Shown here in pieces: positions 11,401 to 25,199 of a stretch of DNA of 64,000 bases (positions are counted from its first letter, which is position 1; each line of letters opens with the position of its first letter). This DNA is from Lama glama. Taxonomy: Eukaryota. The notes beneath the pieces were generated by a model, which was not told where the DNA came from, did no database searches, and saw only the letters and a program-made list of their open reading frames with translations. A program made the translations under genes and the position numbers. Location: assembly GCA_028534125.1 (NCBI GenBank), contig CM052816.1, positions 20,338,001 to 20,402,000 on the forward strand, in the 5' to 3' direction.

Positions 11401-12489
11401 TGGAAGTATGAGAGGGACCAAGGTATGAGATGCAGTGGCATGAAGACCACCTAGGAAGTAATGAGGAGGAGCTGGACCTGGGTCTTGAAGGAAAGGTAGG
11501 ATGTGGGGCATGGGAATACCTGCCACGAAGAAGGGATGATGTAAGTGAAGGAACCTAGGCTGGAGAAGTCACTGAATTTGACTGGAGGGGGAGAGGAACG
11601 TGGGAGAAATGGCTGGAAAAGTGGGTGGTGCCCAGGCATGGCTGTCTTAAATGGTAGACTCTGGAGAGCAGAATCAACCAGGCTGTCTCCAGGCATGTGC
11701 CTGAGTTCCACTGGGCTCAGGATACATCCCCCTAGTAGGCACTGGGCATTTTGTCCCCAGAGTGTGGACCTGGGTGTTCACATGGGTGTTTGGATGATGT
11801 GTTTTTGAATGTAGATGTAATGAATTTTCTGAAATGAGCTCCCTTAAGCCAGTTTAATGCCTTGATCCATTTCCTAACCTGTCTAGTAGACTTATTTCTA
11901 ATATTTTTATTTTAATTTTACTAAAATTATTTTCAAAGTATTTAATTTTGTTTTGTGTAAACTTTATAGGAAGGATTTAATATATCTGTCAAATTGTATC
12001 TATTATAACTTCTGACATTATGAATTTTCTTTTGTGACCATTGTTTCTATCAAATCCAATTTTCCTGGACAAATATTTGCAGATCTAAATTTTATCAAGA
12101 CAATTTGATATATATATATATAACACTAACAAATTATACCATGTGAAATTTTAACCATTAGCAGTTCTGTTTTGAGGAGATTATTCCTTCTAATAAAATT
12201 CATTATGACTAGGAGAGAAGATTGATAATTTATATTTATTTCTTCACTAACTTATTACAAAATTATGGGTAGACTCTGTGAGGTGGCTCTGGTTTCCTCT
12301 CTTGTCCAGGCTTGGGTGAGCGAATTGTGAATCTAATTCTTCTGTTGGTTTCTGGTTGCTCTGGGTGCTGTGTTCGTCATCCCCTCTGTTGGTGAGGCTG
12401 GGACATCCTCAGGGCCTATGCAAGCAAGTGGCGGGACTTCCCTCTCAGCTGCGTGGCAGCTCCCGACAACACTCACTCCGTGCCGTCCC

Positions 12490-12660
12490 TGTGCAAGCAC
12501 TTTCCAGTGCTCAGTTCAGTTATGTCATAAAATTCCCCTTTCTTATTCCATTTTACAGAGGTGCAAACTGCAGCTTAGAGGAGCTAAGGGGCATAATTGG
12601 GAATTTGAACCCAGGTTTGTCTGAATCCAGAGACCACAGTTAAAACCTCTGGGTTACACT
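12490..12660 (-). mobile_element. MIR SINE
   Basis: 'ccattttacagaggtgcaaactg', 'gaatttgaacccaggtttgtctgaatccagag'. Confidence 0.75.
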
Positions 12661-12780
12661 ATATTTCACTGTGTTTGTGTGCTCAGCAGACACCACTCAT
12701 TGCCTGATGCCATTTGGAGGGGCGGGCAGGGGCAAGTTGGTTATGGTCATAGAATGTCTGTCCAGATCTTCCCCCTCATT

Positions 12781-12806
12781 ACACACAGACACACACACAC
12801 ACACAC
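12781..12806. repeat. (CA)n microsatellite
   Basis: acacacagacacacacacacacacac. Confidence 0.9.
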
Positions 12807-15800
12807 GTACACTACAACCGTGGAAACAAAGGCCCAGAGGAGAGACGGGCTAAGCCCAGGGTCCAGCAGTGTTGGGTAGCACAGCTGACGAGGACCCAAG
12901 TTTCCATCCCCTGGGCCGCCCTCTGTGGGGGTCACCCTTCGGCTTAGCTCAGTGTCTTCAAATCTTCCCAATGCACTGGGCGGCCAGTTTGCTAGGGGAG
13001 CAGGCAGTGAGAGTTGTCTGAGAAAGGGAACCTCAATTTCCTTTATTTCAGAGGATTTGGGAGAAGATTCTTGGTGACAGGGACAGTTGAAATCACTTCT
13101 AGAAGTGACCATGTCTGCCAGGTGCCACACGTCCATCCTGGGACCCTTGGGCTCTTGGCAGGGACTGCTTTTCCCATTAGAAGGAGCCGAGAAGTACCTC
13201 CAGACCTCTGGCCCTGTCTGTGGGACGCTGAGCAGGGAGCAGAGGGGAGGGCTGCCTCTTCAGTGTGTGGGCCTGGGAACACCCGCATTGCCTTTTCTGG
13301 CCTCCACTGTGAATAACGCACTGAGGTATTTCTGGTCCTGAAGTGACTGCAAAGAAGGCATTTTCTTTGTATTGTAACATATTTCCTTTTTCGGACTATA
13401 TAAAGGGTGCTGGTTCATTGTGGTGCAGTTTTCCTTTAAAGGGTTATTTCATAATGACCATCATAGTCAGAATTATAATAGTTTGAGAGTTAAAAAGAGG
13501 TCTTGTTTTTTTCCTTTCTTTCCTGAAAGCCCACATTCACAGAAAGAAAGGAAGTGTGGGGCTCAGAGCAGGAGAAAATAACCATACGCTTGGCCTCATT
13601 GGAGAGAAGCTGAGTGGCAGGTGGCAGGCTGGGGTGGAAAGCTGGGGGAATCTCAAACCCTACTGTCCCGCATGACCCCTGCATGGTGACAAATGCTCAC
13701 AATTACATATGCAAGGGAAGAGGACTTTCCAAGCTCCACATCTCAGATATTTTCCACTAATACTGGGAAAGGAAGTCTGTGAGGAGAGGAGGGCTGTGGC
13801 TGGGAAGCGAGTAGGAGGAGCCTGGGGGTCCTTGCCTTTGGCGTCCTCCCTGTGCTCCCAGAAGTCTGGCCAGGGGTTAACCATAAGGTGATGGCTTTGC
13901 TCTTTGAAGTTGGAGATACTCCTTCTGTTTCTAATATTCCACCCCAGTGAGTCCCCACATCCAAGGAGCCTGTCTTGACAGAGTATTTTTTAGCATGCTG
14001 GGCAAACGCAAGCCCTGGGGCCTCTTCGCCAGTCTGCCTTCTTTACTGTCTTCTCTGGGGCCAATGTGGACTTCTCCTTGGTTTAGCATCTTGGGCAGCT
14101 GATCTCAGGGCTGTGGCTGGGACGGCGGGACTTGCTGGACGACCCCCAGGTTCGGCAGCCTTTGCCTCCCTCCATTAGCAGCAGACATGTGGAGCGAGGC
14201 CCAGACGGCTGACCCGCCAGCGAGTCTTCCTTTGTTTGAGTCCATTAGCAACTGACCTATCAGACTTTGTGAGAAAAAGATTCCAGAACCCATCTGTGAC
14301 TCCAAACAGCGTTCTGCAGAAACATGTTCATCTGAGTCCCTTTCACAGGTAGTTTTGGGCAGAGAAAGAAGAAATGGCAGTTGCATCTCCCCAAAGCATT
14401 TTGTAACAGGACTATTCATTCTAGGTAGAGTCTATTTTGCCCGACATCTCTCAGACAGTCAATAATTCCAGTTTGTTTATGATGATCCTCGCTCCCTCCC
14501 CTTCCATCTGCCACCAGAGTTGGTGCCTCTCCCGGCAGCCGCCCCATAGAACGTGGAAGCATCTGTCTCTCTAATGACCGGCCGTGGCAATCTCAGCTGT
14601 TCAATATGGCGAGATGAAGAAAACATTTAATTTCTATGATACAGGGCACTCCAAAGCCAGATTTGACAACTGTTCCATTGAACACTAGTATTTCACAATT
14701 TCCTTAGATAACAAGAAGCAGCAGTTCTTTACTCCCAGAGGGATGTATTTACAAGATGGGAAGTTGATAAGTAGGCCACTAGACTGACAAGTGGTTCTGA
14801 AATACACTGGGCATTGACTTTGATGAACGTGTGCTGCCTTCTGTGAGAGGGAATTCTTCCAGAGTGCCTTGTCCTTAGCCTGAAGGGCCTGCAGAAGTCT
14901 TAGGGAGAAGCGGGGGCCTGAGCCCTGCTTCCTGGGGCCTTTGTGGTCTGGGAGAGCGAGCTTTTGGGTGAGGGCCCCTGGGACAGGCGTGAGTGGCAGG
15001 TAGGAGCTCCGAGGGAGGGAGATCCCTGAGGCCAGAGGAAGCTGGGTCCCAAGAGGCTTCATGTAGAGGTAGGGTGCACACAGGTGGTGAAGGATGGGAA
15101 GATTCTTGCTAAATGGGGAGCAGGGGAGACAGGGAGGGTGAAGACACCCAGACTGTTTTGGTGCAAATACAGAGTGGTCAGAGGGGACCTGTTTGGAGGA
15201 GGCTGCCCTATGGGGAGGGGAAGGTCTGTGAATGAGTTCTCAGGACTGGGGTCTTCTGACCTGGGCTGAGTTGGGTAGATCCACAGTCATGCCTGCAAGC
15301 AGAGGGAAGATGCCCCTCCTGCCTCAGCCCCATGGCAGTGGAGGGAGGGATCCCAGAGACAAGGACTAACAACAAGATGACCATTACTGAGGCACGCTGG
15401 GTGCTGGGCGCTGGGGCCAACACTTTGGGGGTGTTTTAGCAGAAGAATCACAAAGGCCAACTGGCATGATAGGAGCCTGGGACGGGGAGGCTACCAGGCT
15501 CCTCAGATCCCCCTGGAGTGGGGTCCTCATTCCCACTCTAGAGACTCGTTCTCCCTTGTGCTTCTCCTCTCTCACAGGCCATGAGCCGGCTCCTGAGAGG
15601 CACTGCTGCCCTCACCTTTCCATGATGCTGCTGCTCAGGCCCAGCCTGCTTGTCCCTGCTGGGGCTACACATCAGGAGGCCCAGGCTGTGGTGGGAGGAA
15701 GGGAAAGCTGGAGTTGGAAACTCTTCTTTCACCCCATGAAGGGGCAGACATCCTTGGAGGCTGGAGCAGAGAGAAATGGGCACAGAAATTGTGCAGTGAT

Positions 15801-17206
15801 TCTCCAAAAAAAGCATCTTCCACCAACATTTTGCTTTAATTCTGGCTGCTTTAGGCTTTTGTGAATAATTAATTGGGGGAGCAAGCTAACGCTCTGGAGT
15901 TTTTAGGTAATTAGTAGGTCAGACACATGCCGGAAACGAGGATTTCTTGGGGTCCCTCTGGGTCCTGTGTCATTCCAGTACTGTCCCTTCCTGGCACCGC
16001 TTTGTGAAAAACTCAACAAGCTTCAACTTACTTCTTGACTCAAAATATGAATCTGTCTCCCCGCTTCCCCCACCCCCTGTCCCACACCTCTCAGTAATCT
16101 GTAGTCAGGTCACCTGTAGTGGAGTGAATCCTAACAGACCTGGATTGAGAACTCCCAGAGAGAAAAGGATTTTGTGACCTGTTCCCCTCTACAGAACACA
16201 TTTAACTTAAGGAGCTGGATTAAATAAGCTGTTAGGAGATTTTCACATGTCCCTTGAGCTCTTATAATTCCAGGCTTAAGTATTTCTACCCTAAACCCTA
16301 CTCAAGTCACTTCTCAGGCTCAAGGCGATTTAGTGATAATATGATGCTTTTTTTTTGATACTTCCACCTTGCAGGAGGGCTGAGGAGAGTGGCGGGGATT
16401 GTGGGAGGGAAGAACTGGACTGTAAAATATACCCTACAAGGATGGTTCCCAGCTCTGTCCTCATCAGCTCAGTAGGTCAGTGACCCCTGCTGTATCCCCT
16501 CCATAGGAGACAGCGGGTGGGAGGCTTGGGAAGGGGCACCATGTGACCATATAAACATATTAGGGTTCAGTGTCACATGGGTGGGCCTTGTCCCTTGCTT
16601 TCAGCTTGTGGCTGGTATTTCACTTAACAGCTGGATGCTTGAGCAGGTTGCGCACTGCTCAGAGGTGCTCAGCCAAAGGAGCAAATGGGGGCTGAAATCT
16701 AGTCAGCACTGTGATACCAAACTGTGTGCATGTTTTCTTATTCATACAGAAGAATAGGCTGGCGGTGACAGTGGCTGCAAACCACCAGGCTGGTTGGTCT
16801 CAGAGCAGAGCCTGGTCACTCAGAAGTCCACACCTTGTGAATCCCTCCAGGAAAGAGTACCCATGCCTTAACTTGATGCTCTCTGGCTCTCATTTGCCAT
16901 TGTCCCCACTGTTGCCCTACCCCTGCTTCCTCTGAAGTTCAAGCATCATTGCATTCCTTGAGGGTTCTGGGGCCCAGCTGAGGGCCTCTGCCAGGAAGTA
17001 CTGACTCATTAAGATCAGTTCCTCTGACCTGTTTCTACCGATGCATTCAGGGAGGGGTTCCTCCCTCGTCTGACCATCTCCTGCCACTGGCACCCATTGC
17101 GCTATCCTCACGAGGCCTCTGGGTCTGTTCCCACAGTTCATGCGTCTGCTCCTGACAGTCACCTCTAAGTTTGCATCTCCAGCTCTGATTCTGAAAACCT
17201 TTCACC

Positions 17207-17248
17207 CATAGTCTCAACTCTTTCCCTCATAGTCTCAACTCTTTCCCT
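17207..17248. repeat. Perfect 21-bp tandem duplication
   Basis: catagtctcaactctttccct x2. Confidence 0.95.
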
Positions 17249-20200
17249 GCCTCCTTCTGCCTTTCCCCGACATGGCCAAGTAGGCAGGCCCTGGGGCTAC
17301 TTCCCCCACTTCAGAAGGTCAGGCAGGGTCATGACGTTGGGTCTGTCTGTATTTAAAAAGAAACTCTCTTGGCTGACTTCTACTGCCTTCAGCCCAGAGC
17401 AAAGGCCCTTTGCATGTAGCCCCGTCTGTTCAACGACCTGAGTGGCTCATGGGGAGAGGATGCAAATCCCCAGTAAGCAATTGAGAAACTTCCTTTCGTC
17501 TTCTATGCAAAAATTCCTCCCAGAGACTCAGCAGGGTCAGGGAACAGTTCATTGAAGGCAGAGTTTAGGGGCTCAAAACTGAGTGCCTCAGCCGTTTAAT
17601 GCCCTTGGGAGATCCCAGCTGTTACACAACAAATCAATCTGTCTAAAGCCAGTCTTTGGCTTCAATCCACTACCAGCCATGCTCCGGACTCCCCTCAGGA
17701 CCCAGGCAAGGTCTGAGGCCAGGAAGAAGTGGGTGGAGACAGTCAAGAACAGCAGTTCTTTAGGTGCTAATCAAAAGAAAAAGAAAATTAACCCAGATTC
17801 ATCCTCTAACCACTAGATCTTATTAGGGCTGGATTACATAATCTATCTTGGTTTACATTCTCTCTTAATCTGTTTTTTAATTGGTGATAATAGAGCCTGA
17901 GAGTCTCATGTTGGACTCATATATTTGGCTGGAGTGGGTGGGGGGAGGCAATTTATTGTAAGCATAATTCTGGGAGACCCAGAGATCTCTGCAGGAACCA
18001 GAGGTTGTTACTAACAGTGGCTGCTCTGTGTTGTGGGATTTGCCATCAGGACTGATCAGCATTGCAATAAAGGGTCGCTAAATTACCAGGTGCCTCAGCT
18101 CTGATACAATCACTGGGTTTGAGTTCTCTGGGGGGTATTCTTTGGCTTCCATGGGCCTGGCAAAGCTAGTAGACTAAGTGGGAAGGGGAAAATTTATGTT
18201 TTTATAGAATAATGTGGGTGGCAAATTTATTGTATTAGCCTATCTTTGTGCCCCAGAGTTCTAGGCCCTGCTTTCTCTGCTGCCACTGCTGCAGATGGCA
18301 GGAGGCTCTAGTCCCCAAAGGAGACCTGTGAGAGGAGGACCACATTAAGCAATATAAACAACAGAGAGGGCATAACAGGGCACAGCCGTGGACTCTGAGC
18401 CATGTGCTTAATGGTCAAAGAGAAGCTTCTTATCTATCCTCACAGTGCCCCTAGGGGCCAGGAGGAGTTAATGGAGCATTTCCTCCAGGCCTCTAGGAAG
18501 CCTGAGGCTGGGAATTTTTTCATCTGCTGCTTAGTCTCATAGCTGGATGAGGCAGTTTAGCAGTTGGCAGTGATCTACCACTGTTATTGTCAATGTCTAG
18601 TTTTGTCATTTTACTACCTAAATGTCTGTTTGCTTTCTTTTTCTCTCCTTGGTGAATACAGAACACAGCTCTTTGCATGCTGTCAATGTCTTTTTGCGAT
18701 ACCAGTCTTCCTTTCACACTGGCTCTTGTTCATTTAGCTTGGAATCAGTGTTTCATTTGGTTACCACTAATAGTTTGTCTGGCTTTTTGGGCCAGAAATG
18801 ATTTTTTTCTGCCTCCGCCTATGGGGAAAAAAAGTCACTATATTTGGAAAGCAATTTCCTCAGATTTAGGAGCTAAACTGATTTTATGATTCAGATATTA
18901 AATGCTTTTTTTTTTTTTTTTGCTTTGTAACTTTCTAATTGTCTGCCTATGTATGTCTGAAAGGACAGAGCCATGTTGGTTCATGAACTTACATTTGTAA
19001 TCTCCAGTGGACTATAAAGAGAGAGAAAAGAAATCATATACATGCATAAGGTCTGCTTGCTAACTGATGTGTTCTTCGGAATGATATATGTATTGTACAC
19101 CCTTGAATCCATGATTTGTAGATCTCAAACTCTTGAAACAAGGAGTGACAAGACATGTCTCTAGAACAAAGCCTCATTGTGAGTGTTTCAAGGATAATGG
19201 GGTTGCATCAACTGAGTGGAGTCCTTAATATTAATTTTCTTTGCTTTATTTTTTTGAGGTGTTAAAAAAACTTGTTTTGCCTAATATATTAGCATTCATT
19301 CCTAGGCTTTGAAAACTAATCCCACTTTGAGAGGAGAGTTTTAAATTTGAAATATGAGGCTTGTATGGCGGTGCCTTGAAATCATTAACTGTCCCTTCAA
19401 TATTAATTGCAGGTATATCCATCATGGGGAACTTGTTTGTCATTAACGTGCGGGCGATGCAAAAGCCAGAGCTCCTGGAACCCCTCCAGGGGTAATGTTG
19501 TCATTCAAAACTTTGTTCTGGAATCGATCTGACCTCAGAAATGGGCTGTACCTATTGACAAAATGACAGTTGGTAGTTTTAACAAAGCTGACAGGTGGCA
19601 GTTGTTGCAAGTGGAACAGGAGTTGGTTTGTAGATGAATCTGCCAGGCAGCTTTGGCCCTAAGCAAGGTTTCTGTGGATGAGTCTGATGAGCCTGAGAGG
19701 TCAAAGGGCGGAGCACCTTGGAATCTACATTTAATTCCACATTTCTGCCAAGAATGTGGCTTATTTTCAATGCAGCCCAGCTGCCATGGGCTTGGCCTGC
19801 TTGGAGGAAGTGGCACATTTATATTTATTTGGGTCTCTGGCTAAAGGAATATTAATCTCTGTACATACTCACCCTGGATTAAAAATTTTAACCACTACGT
19901 GACGTCCCCAAAGAGCCTCCATGGCTTGTCCTCTTATGTGCTTATTGACTTGTGTGCTATTGATTCCTGGTTGGGGCTGGTGACTTTTCACTTTTTTGCT
20001 CTTATTCAGCAAGGTTGCCTGTTAAATTCTAATCTGGGTCTAAAACATTCTTCAATAAAGCTGAAGCTTGAGGATCATCCAGTTGGAAGGGAAGTTAGAT
20101 CCCTAAAGGGCCCTCAGGGTATTTTCACTGAAGGGGGTTTGCTGGGGCTGGGGACCAAATTCCCCTCACTTTGCAAATCTTTCTCATCATGGCAGAAGGG

Positions 20201-21164
20201 CCAGAAGCGAGTGTCTCTTTTTAGAGTTGAGTTTCATTTTTTACCTAAGCCACCCTGGATTCTTACAGAATGCCACCCTCCTGGTACAGCTGGGGAGGAA
20301 GGCCAAAGCGGAGTCCTCATTCCTGAGAACAGGTGGCTTTGACCCCATCGCTGGTAGAATTTCCCTGCCTCCAACTCCTAGCTTGTCCCTTTGCTAGGCC
20401 AGGGAATTTTCTGTGGTGATGCAGTCCAGGTATGGGACTATCCGATTCACTTCACTCTTCAATAAATTCAACTTAACAAACACTTATGGAGTGCTGGCTT
20501 TGTAAAATTACCATGGAAACCCAAATGGAATCTTTAAAATCCTCTGGAGGAGTTATTCAGAGTTCCCACATCCATCGACACTTCAGCGAGCAGGGAGGGT
20601 GCATCTTGGTCCAAGCCATGCCTGGTTGTGTGCTTGCATTCAGCCCAAAGAGCAGCAAGGGGAGACAGATGGAGGAAAACTTGTAAAGCTGATAATAGGC
20701 CTTTGTGTCCCTGGCGGTGTACTGCTGCGCTCTTGGGGAAGAGGGATGAGGAGCCAGGGCTTTGATTTCTGTTGGAGCAAAGAGCTGAGTTCAGTTGCAG
20801 CCACCTCTGCTGGATGGTGTCATGATCCCCACACTTGGCACCAGGGCAGGATCTACAAAGGGATGTCTCTACGCCTGGTGACAGCTTCTTGTGCAGTACC
20901 TTGTAGCGCAGCAGGGGCTGTGACTTCAAAGATCAAAGCCTCGATTATGTGAGGTACTCATCACACAGCGGGAGCAGGGCTTGTCCTTGACACAGGGCTA
21001 GAAACCACAGAATTGTGGTCCTGCTGGGGTCTTAGGAGAACCAGGAGACCCCATGCTGTTTGTTCTTAAGAAGACAGTAGTTCCAACTGTGCTGGGAAAA
21101 TTTCCAACTTAGAAAAGGGGAAGATGGGGCTTTGACATTTAAGATCATTGTCATGATTATACAT

Positions 21165-21530
21165 CTTTGAGTTGCAAGTGATCAAAAAAAAAAAAAAGAA
21201 AGGAACGAGAAGAAAATTAAACAGGCTTAAACTATGAAGGAAATCTGCTGGTACAGTTAACAGAAGAGTTCGGATGTCAGTTCAGGCGAGGATGAATCCA
21301 GGAACTCGATGATGTCACCAAATTTCTTTCCTGTTTCTGTGCTTCCTTTTGACTGATTTCCTAGATGGGCCCATGCTGGCTCTTGGCAGCTCCTGGGGCT
21401 GCAGGCGCCTCCTCCACATCCAGCAGGAAGAATGGACTTCTTTGCCTCGACTTTCCCAGCATTCCAGAAATTCTCCCTGGCTGGACTGTCTTGGGTCACG
21501 TGACCACTCCTGAACCACCTGCAGGTGGAC
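21165..21530 (-). mobile_element. MLT1K/J-like LTR
   Basis: 'gagttgcaagtga', 'gatgaatccaggaactcgatgatgtcacca', 'ttgggtcacgtgaccactcctgaacca'. Confidence 0.65.
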
Positions 21531-21739
21531 AGAAGGCGCTCCCAAGCTCTATGCTTGGGGGGCACAGTCAGCTTTTACTCTAGTGGAAATGAGGAGCTGT
21601 TGAAGGGGGACGAATTCAGGGAGGCAGACGACAAACGTTCACTACAGTTTCACAAAGGACGTGACTTGAGTTTACCCATATCTTTGCCTGCTAATATCTA
21701 TTTACAGATAATTATAATAACAACAACTTAGGTTCATAA

Positions 21740-21990
21740 ATGTCAGCAGCTACCATTTATTTGGGAATTTACTATTAGATCTTAAAGAGTCTGATACACT
21801 AGCACTTCGTATGAATGGCATCAATTAACCTGGAGATTAGGATCACTCATTACCATCAACCCTTTTGTACAGGTGGGGAAACCAAGGCACAGAGAAGCGA
21901 AGTGACTTGTCCAAAGGCACAAAGGCAGTAAGTGGCAGAACCAGCATTTGGACTAAGGTCTGTGACTCCAAAGTCCATACATTCAAAGGC
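21740..21990 (-). mobile_element. MIR SINE
   Basis: 'tacaggtggggaaaccaaggcacagagaagcgaagtgacttgtccaaaggcaca..gtaagtggcagaacc..tctgtgactccaaag'. Confidence 0.8.
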
Positions 21991-23728
21991 AAGATGCCAG
22001 AAGCACTAAATACATATTGCAGGCTAAGGATTTTCCAACTAGAAACGGGTTGACCCTTTTTCTGCACCCTCTGGCCTTTCCAGAGAAGTGTTCTCCAGAT
22101 TCCTGGGTTCCAGGCTTGTTCTTGCCACTAACCTGTCTTAAGACCTTGCTTGGATCTCTGCCTTCCTCTGAGCCTCAGCCACCTCACTTGGAAAAATGGA
22201 GGCTTGGGCTCCATGGTTTCTTGGGTCATTTCCAGCTCAGACAGCACAGGACTCCCTGAGTCTGAGGTGTGCTTGGAATTTTTTGCTTCTCGGAGGGAGG
22301 GAATTTTTTTCCTGGTATACTTCTTTTTTGGAAAAGATGATTCCTTTCATAGACTCTTGTTTTTCTCCTAAATAAAAGGAATATTCATTATTTTCACTGA
22401 TTATCTTAAAGAATCTAAAAGCAGCAAACACATCACCCCTCGGCATGAGTTTCCAGTGATGGTGCAACTACCTGAGGTGTGTCACTTTACAGCCAGTGGA
22501 CTCAGGACTCCACTGTGTGCCCCCCATCATCATTTGGATAGGCTCTCTGCCCTGGTGTACACATTGTTCCTCTAGGGACCGCAGAGTTCACTGGGCCCTC
22601 AATTCACAGGGATTGAAAATGAAATGAAATGAAACTCACTCCCTCCATTCCCAGAGGAGGGAAATTTAATTTTCAGTAGCATATTGTGCCTTTCATCTGG
22701 CTTTGCCATCGTGATGTTCTTTCCATTCTCTGTCTCCTTAGAGCACCCCCCAGCCCTGCCCCAAGGGCTCATGGACTCTCACAATCCAGGCATAATATGT
22801 GCCCCCGTAGGTGGGGCTGTTGCTCTGAATGTACCAACTTGGGATTACTGCTTAATGTCTGCCCAATAGCAGTTACATCTGAGATTTTACTTTCCCTCCA
22901 TCTGTGTAGGTACCTCTATCATCAGCCTTGAAAATAGCTTTTGTTTCCTGATCAACCATGTTCCTTTTCTTTTGGGGGTCATTGCATTTTCTTCTCTTGG
23001 GGCGGCTGGTGGCTGTGTCCATGTGCCAGCAGGCTCGGGGGGAAGGAGATGGAGCTTCTGCTGGTGGTGGGTGTGCCCAGACCCAACGTCTGTCAGCTCA
23101 GTGCACTCCACAGGGCAGTCCTGCATCTTCCTTGGCATCGTGCGGGCCGAACACCAGGATGATTGACTGCATCTGTGTTCAAATTAATGAGCTTCTTTTT
23201 TACCATGTGGACCTGCTGGACATAAGAGGGTGCAGGTGTCTGTGACACTGAGGCAGTGACCCCCGTGCACAAAGGCTCTGTGGGCAAAATGCCATGTTCA
23301 CGTTTCCCTTCTGCAGGGTCCAGAAACAGAAGTTGATCCAGCATGGTCTGTCATGATGTGGAGCTGTTTGTCCTAGAGAGGTGATGGCTCCGGGTGACAG
23401 AGAGTGATGGAATCTTCCAAAGATGTCAAAAGCCAACTCTGAATTATGAAATGTGTCACAGAATGTCTTCCTAAAGACACAGGCATTTCCTAAACCCCAT
23501 TTTATATCTACCCTCAGTCACAAGGGCTAGGAGGGAGGTCACGCTGACTCCTTGTGCCTTTCTGGGTTAGCTTTTTAAGGAATGGCCTGTGGAAAAGGAA
23601 GCGCTTAAGGCCACAATGGGTGTGGGTACCAGAGTTTCATGGTGACAGCCTAAGCCTCAGATTTTCCACCTGGGAGTGCAGCTCTGTGGTCTCTTCAGGC
23701 TTTCTGGCTCTTGCAGTCTGTTAGAGGA

Positions 23729-24168
23729 TGTGGTGGATGCTACTGGTGCCCCGTCCTGACACCCTTTCTCCCAGTGCTCCCATTCCCCGGCTGCTGTGTG
23801 CTGTGCGTTCGCTAGGAATTACCCTCTGCCGAATGGAAGCTACCTTGCCCCGGAAGTTTTATCAGCTCCACCACCCCTGGGGCCAATGAGTGACTGACAA
23901 GGGGGAACAAAAGGCCAGCCTGTGTGTCTCAGGGTGGGACCAACTTCATGGGGATGATTGGTGCTTCAGAGCATGTGTCAGGCTGGAGCCAGGCTCCAGA
24001 GGCGACCACGTGCTTGCTTGTACCTTCCTTTCCCTTGTCCTCTTGCCTCATTCCTCCCGATAATATTTGTTGAGTTTAATAAATATTCCTGAAAATATTT
24101 GCTCAGCAGATCACACAAACCCATATCCATGCCCTAGTGCTTGCTTCTAGGGAATCTGCTTAAGGTGC
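23729..24168 (+). mobile_element. ERVL LTR (LTR16-like) solo LTR
   Basis: Start 'tgtggtggatgct..ggtgccccg', middle 'ccaatgagtgactgac..caaaaggccagcc..ctcagggtgggaccaact', end 'tgcttctagggaatc..taag'. Confidence 0.75.
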
Positions 24169-25199
24169 CTGGTCGCTGATGGCCAGGATTGTGTCATCAG
24201 CATAGAATATATGGGCAGGGGCTGGGGAGGGGTGTCCTCCCTACATCCCAGTCATGCAGGCCCTTTCTCCTTTGCCTCCCCCAACCCTTTCTCTCTTTTT
24301 CCCTCCTTTGTTGGTTCATATACCTGCATGCAGTCACCTACTCACCCATTCACCCACTGATCCACCCTTCTGCCCATCTGTCCACCCATCCATTTATCCA
24401 GAGACTGACCTTCAAACCTCCTGCATGGTGAAAAACCAGGATTCAGATTCTGCCCAGATGAAGACTTGGGGCCGCCTTATTGCGGCCACCAGTAGATGCC
24501 TGGGGCTACCTATTGCTTCTAGCCTGGGTTTCATTTCTGTTTCTCTAGAGAATGAGTAAGGCTGGGAAACAGAAGGGTAGGTGCCATTGCTCCCGGCCAA
24601 GAAGAACCCCAGTCCAGAAGTGGGAACTAGCCTGGTGGACCCAGCACGACACACCTTTAGTATGTTCTGTGCCATTTCATGAGTTTGTTTTCCTAGAGGC
24701 TTACCACCCGGCCCTGGGCCACTGCAGAAGTACAAGAGGGAGTATTTTTCACTTACAAATGGTGTAGAAAAAATCGAGGCAAATTATCCGGCTGCTGTGT
24801 GAGTGCTTTATTGATTAAAGAACGCCAATCAAATTAGCTGTCAGAAGAGAATGCAGATGGTACCATGTGGAATGGATTTTCTATATCCCCTAATTGCATT
24901 ATTTCAATCAGTGGGTGAACATTTCATGGCCTGCGGTGGGATTTGGGGGGTTTAGGGGGAGGGGGTGGGTTGGCACACACTGTCTGGGCCACGCTGAGGA
25001 TACGGGTTTGGATGTCACAAGTATTTTCATATCAAGATTGAGGCATTAACAAAATGGATCTGGATTGCTTTATGGGTTAATGCAGGGCAAGGACAGGACT
25101 TCAAGCATGTGCTTGCAGGAGACTATGCCTCCCCCACCCTTGGAGTTTGGAGATGTATCAGTCTCTAGTATAAGCAGATTGAAAAAACTCTCTTCCACT

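Noticed and set aside
23296..23386. Possible + strand coding exon after 'tttcccttctgcag'
   Set aside because: Stops in all three frames and a weak donor (gtgatg).
24060..24090. L2-tail-like near-palindrome (aatatttgttga..taataaatatt) as a miRNA precursor
   Set aside because: Stem too short and too AT-rich, and it lies inside an LTR.
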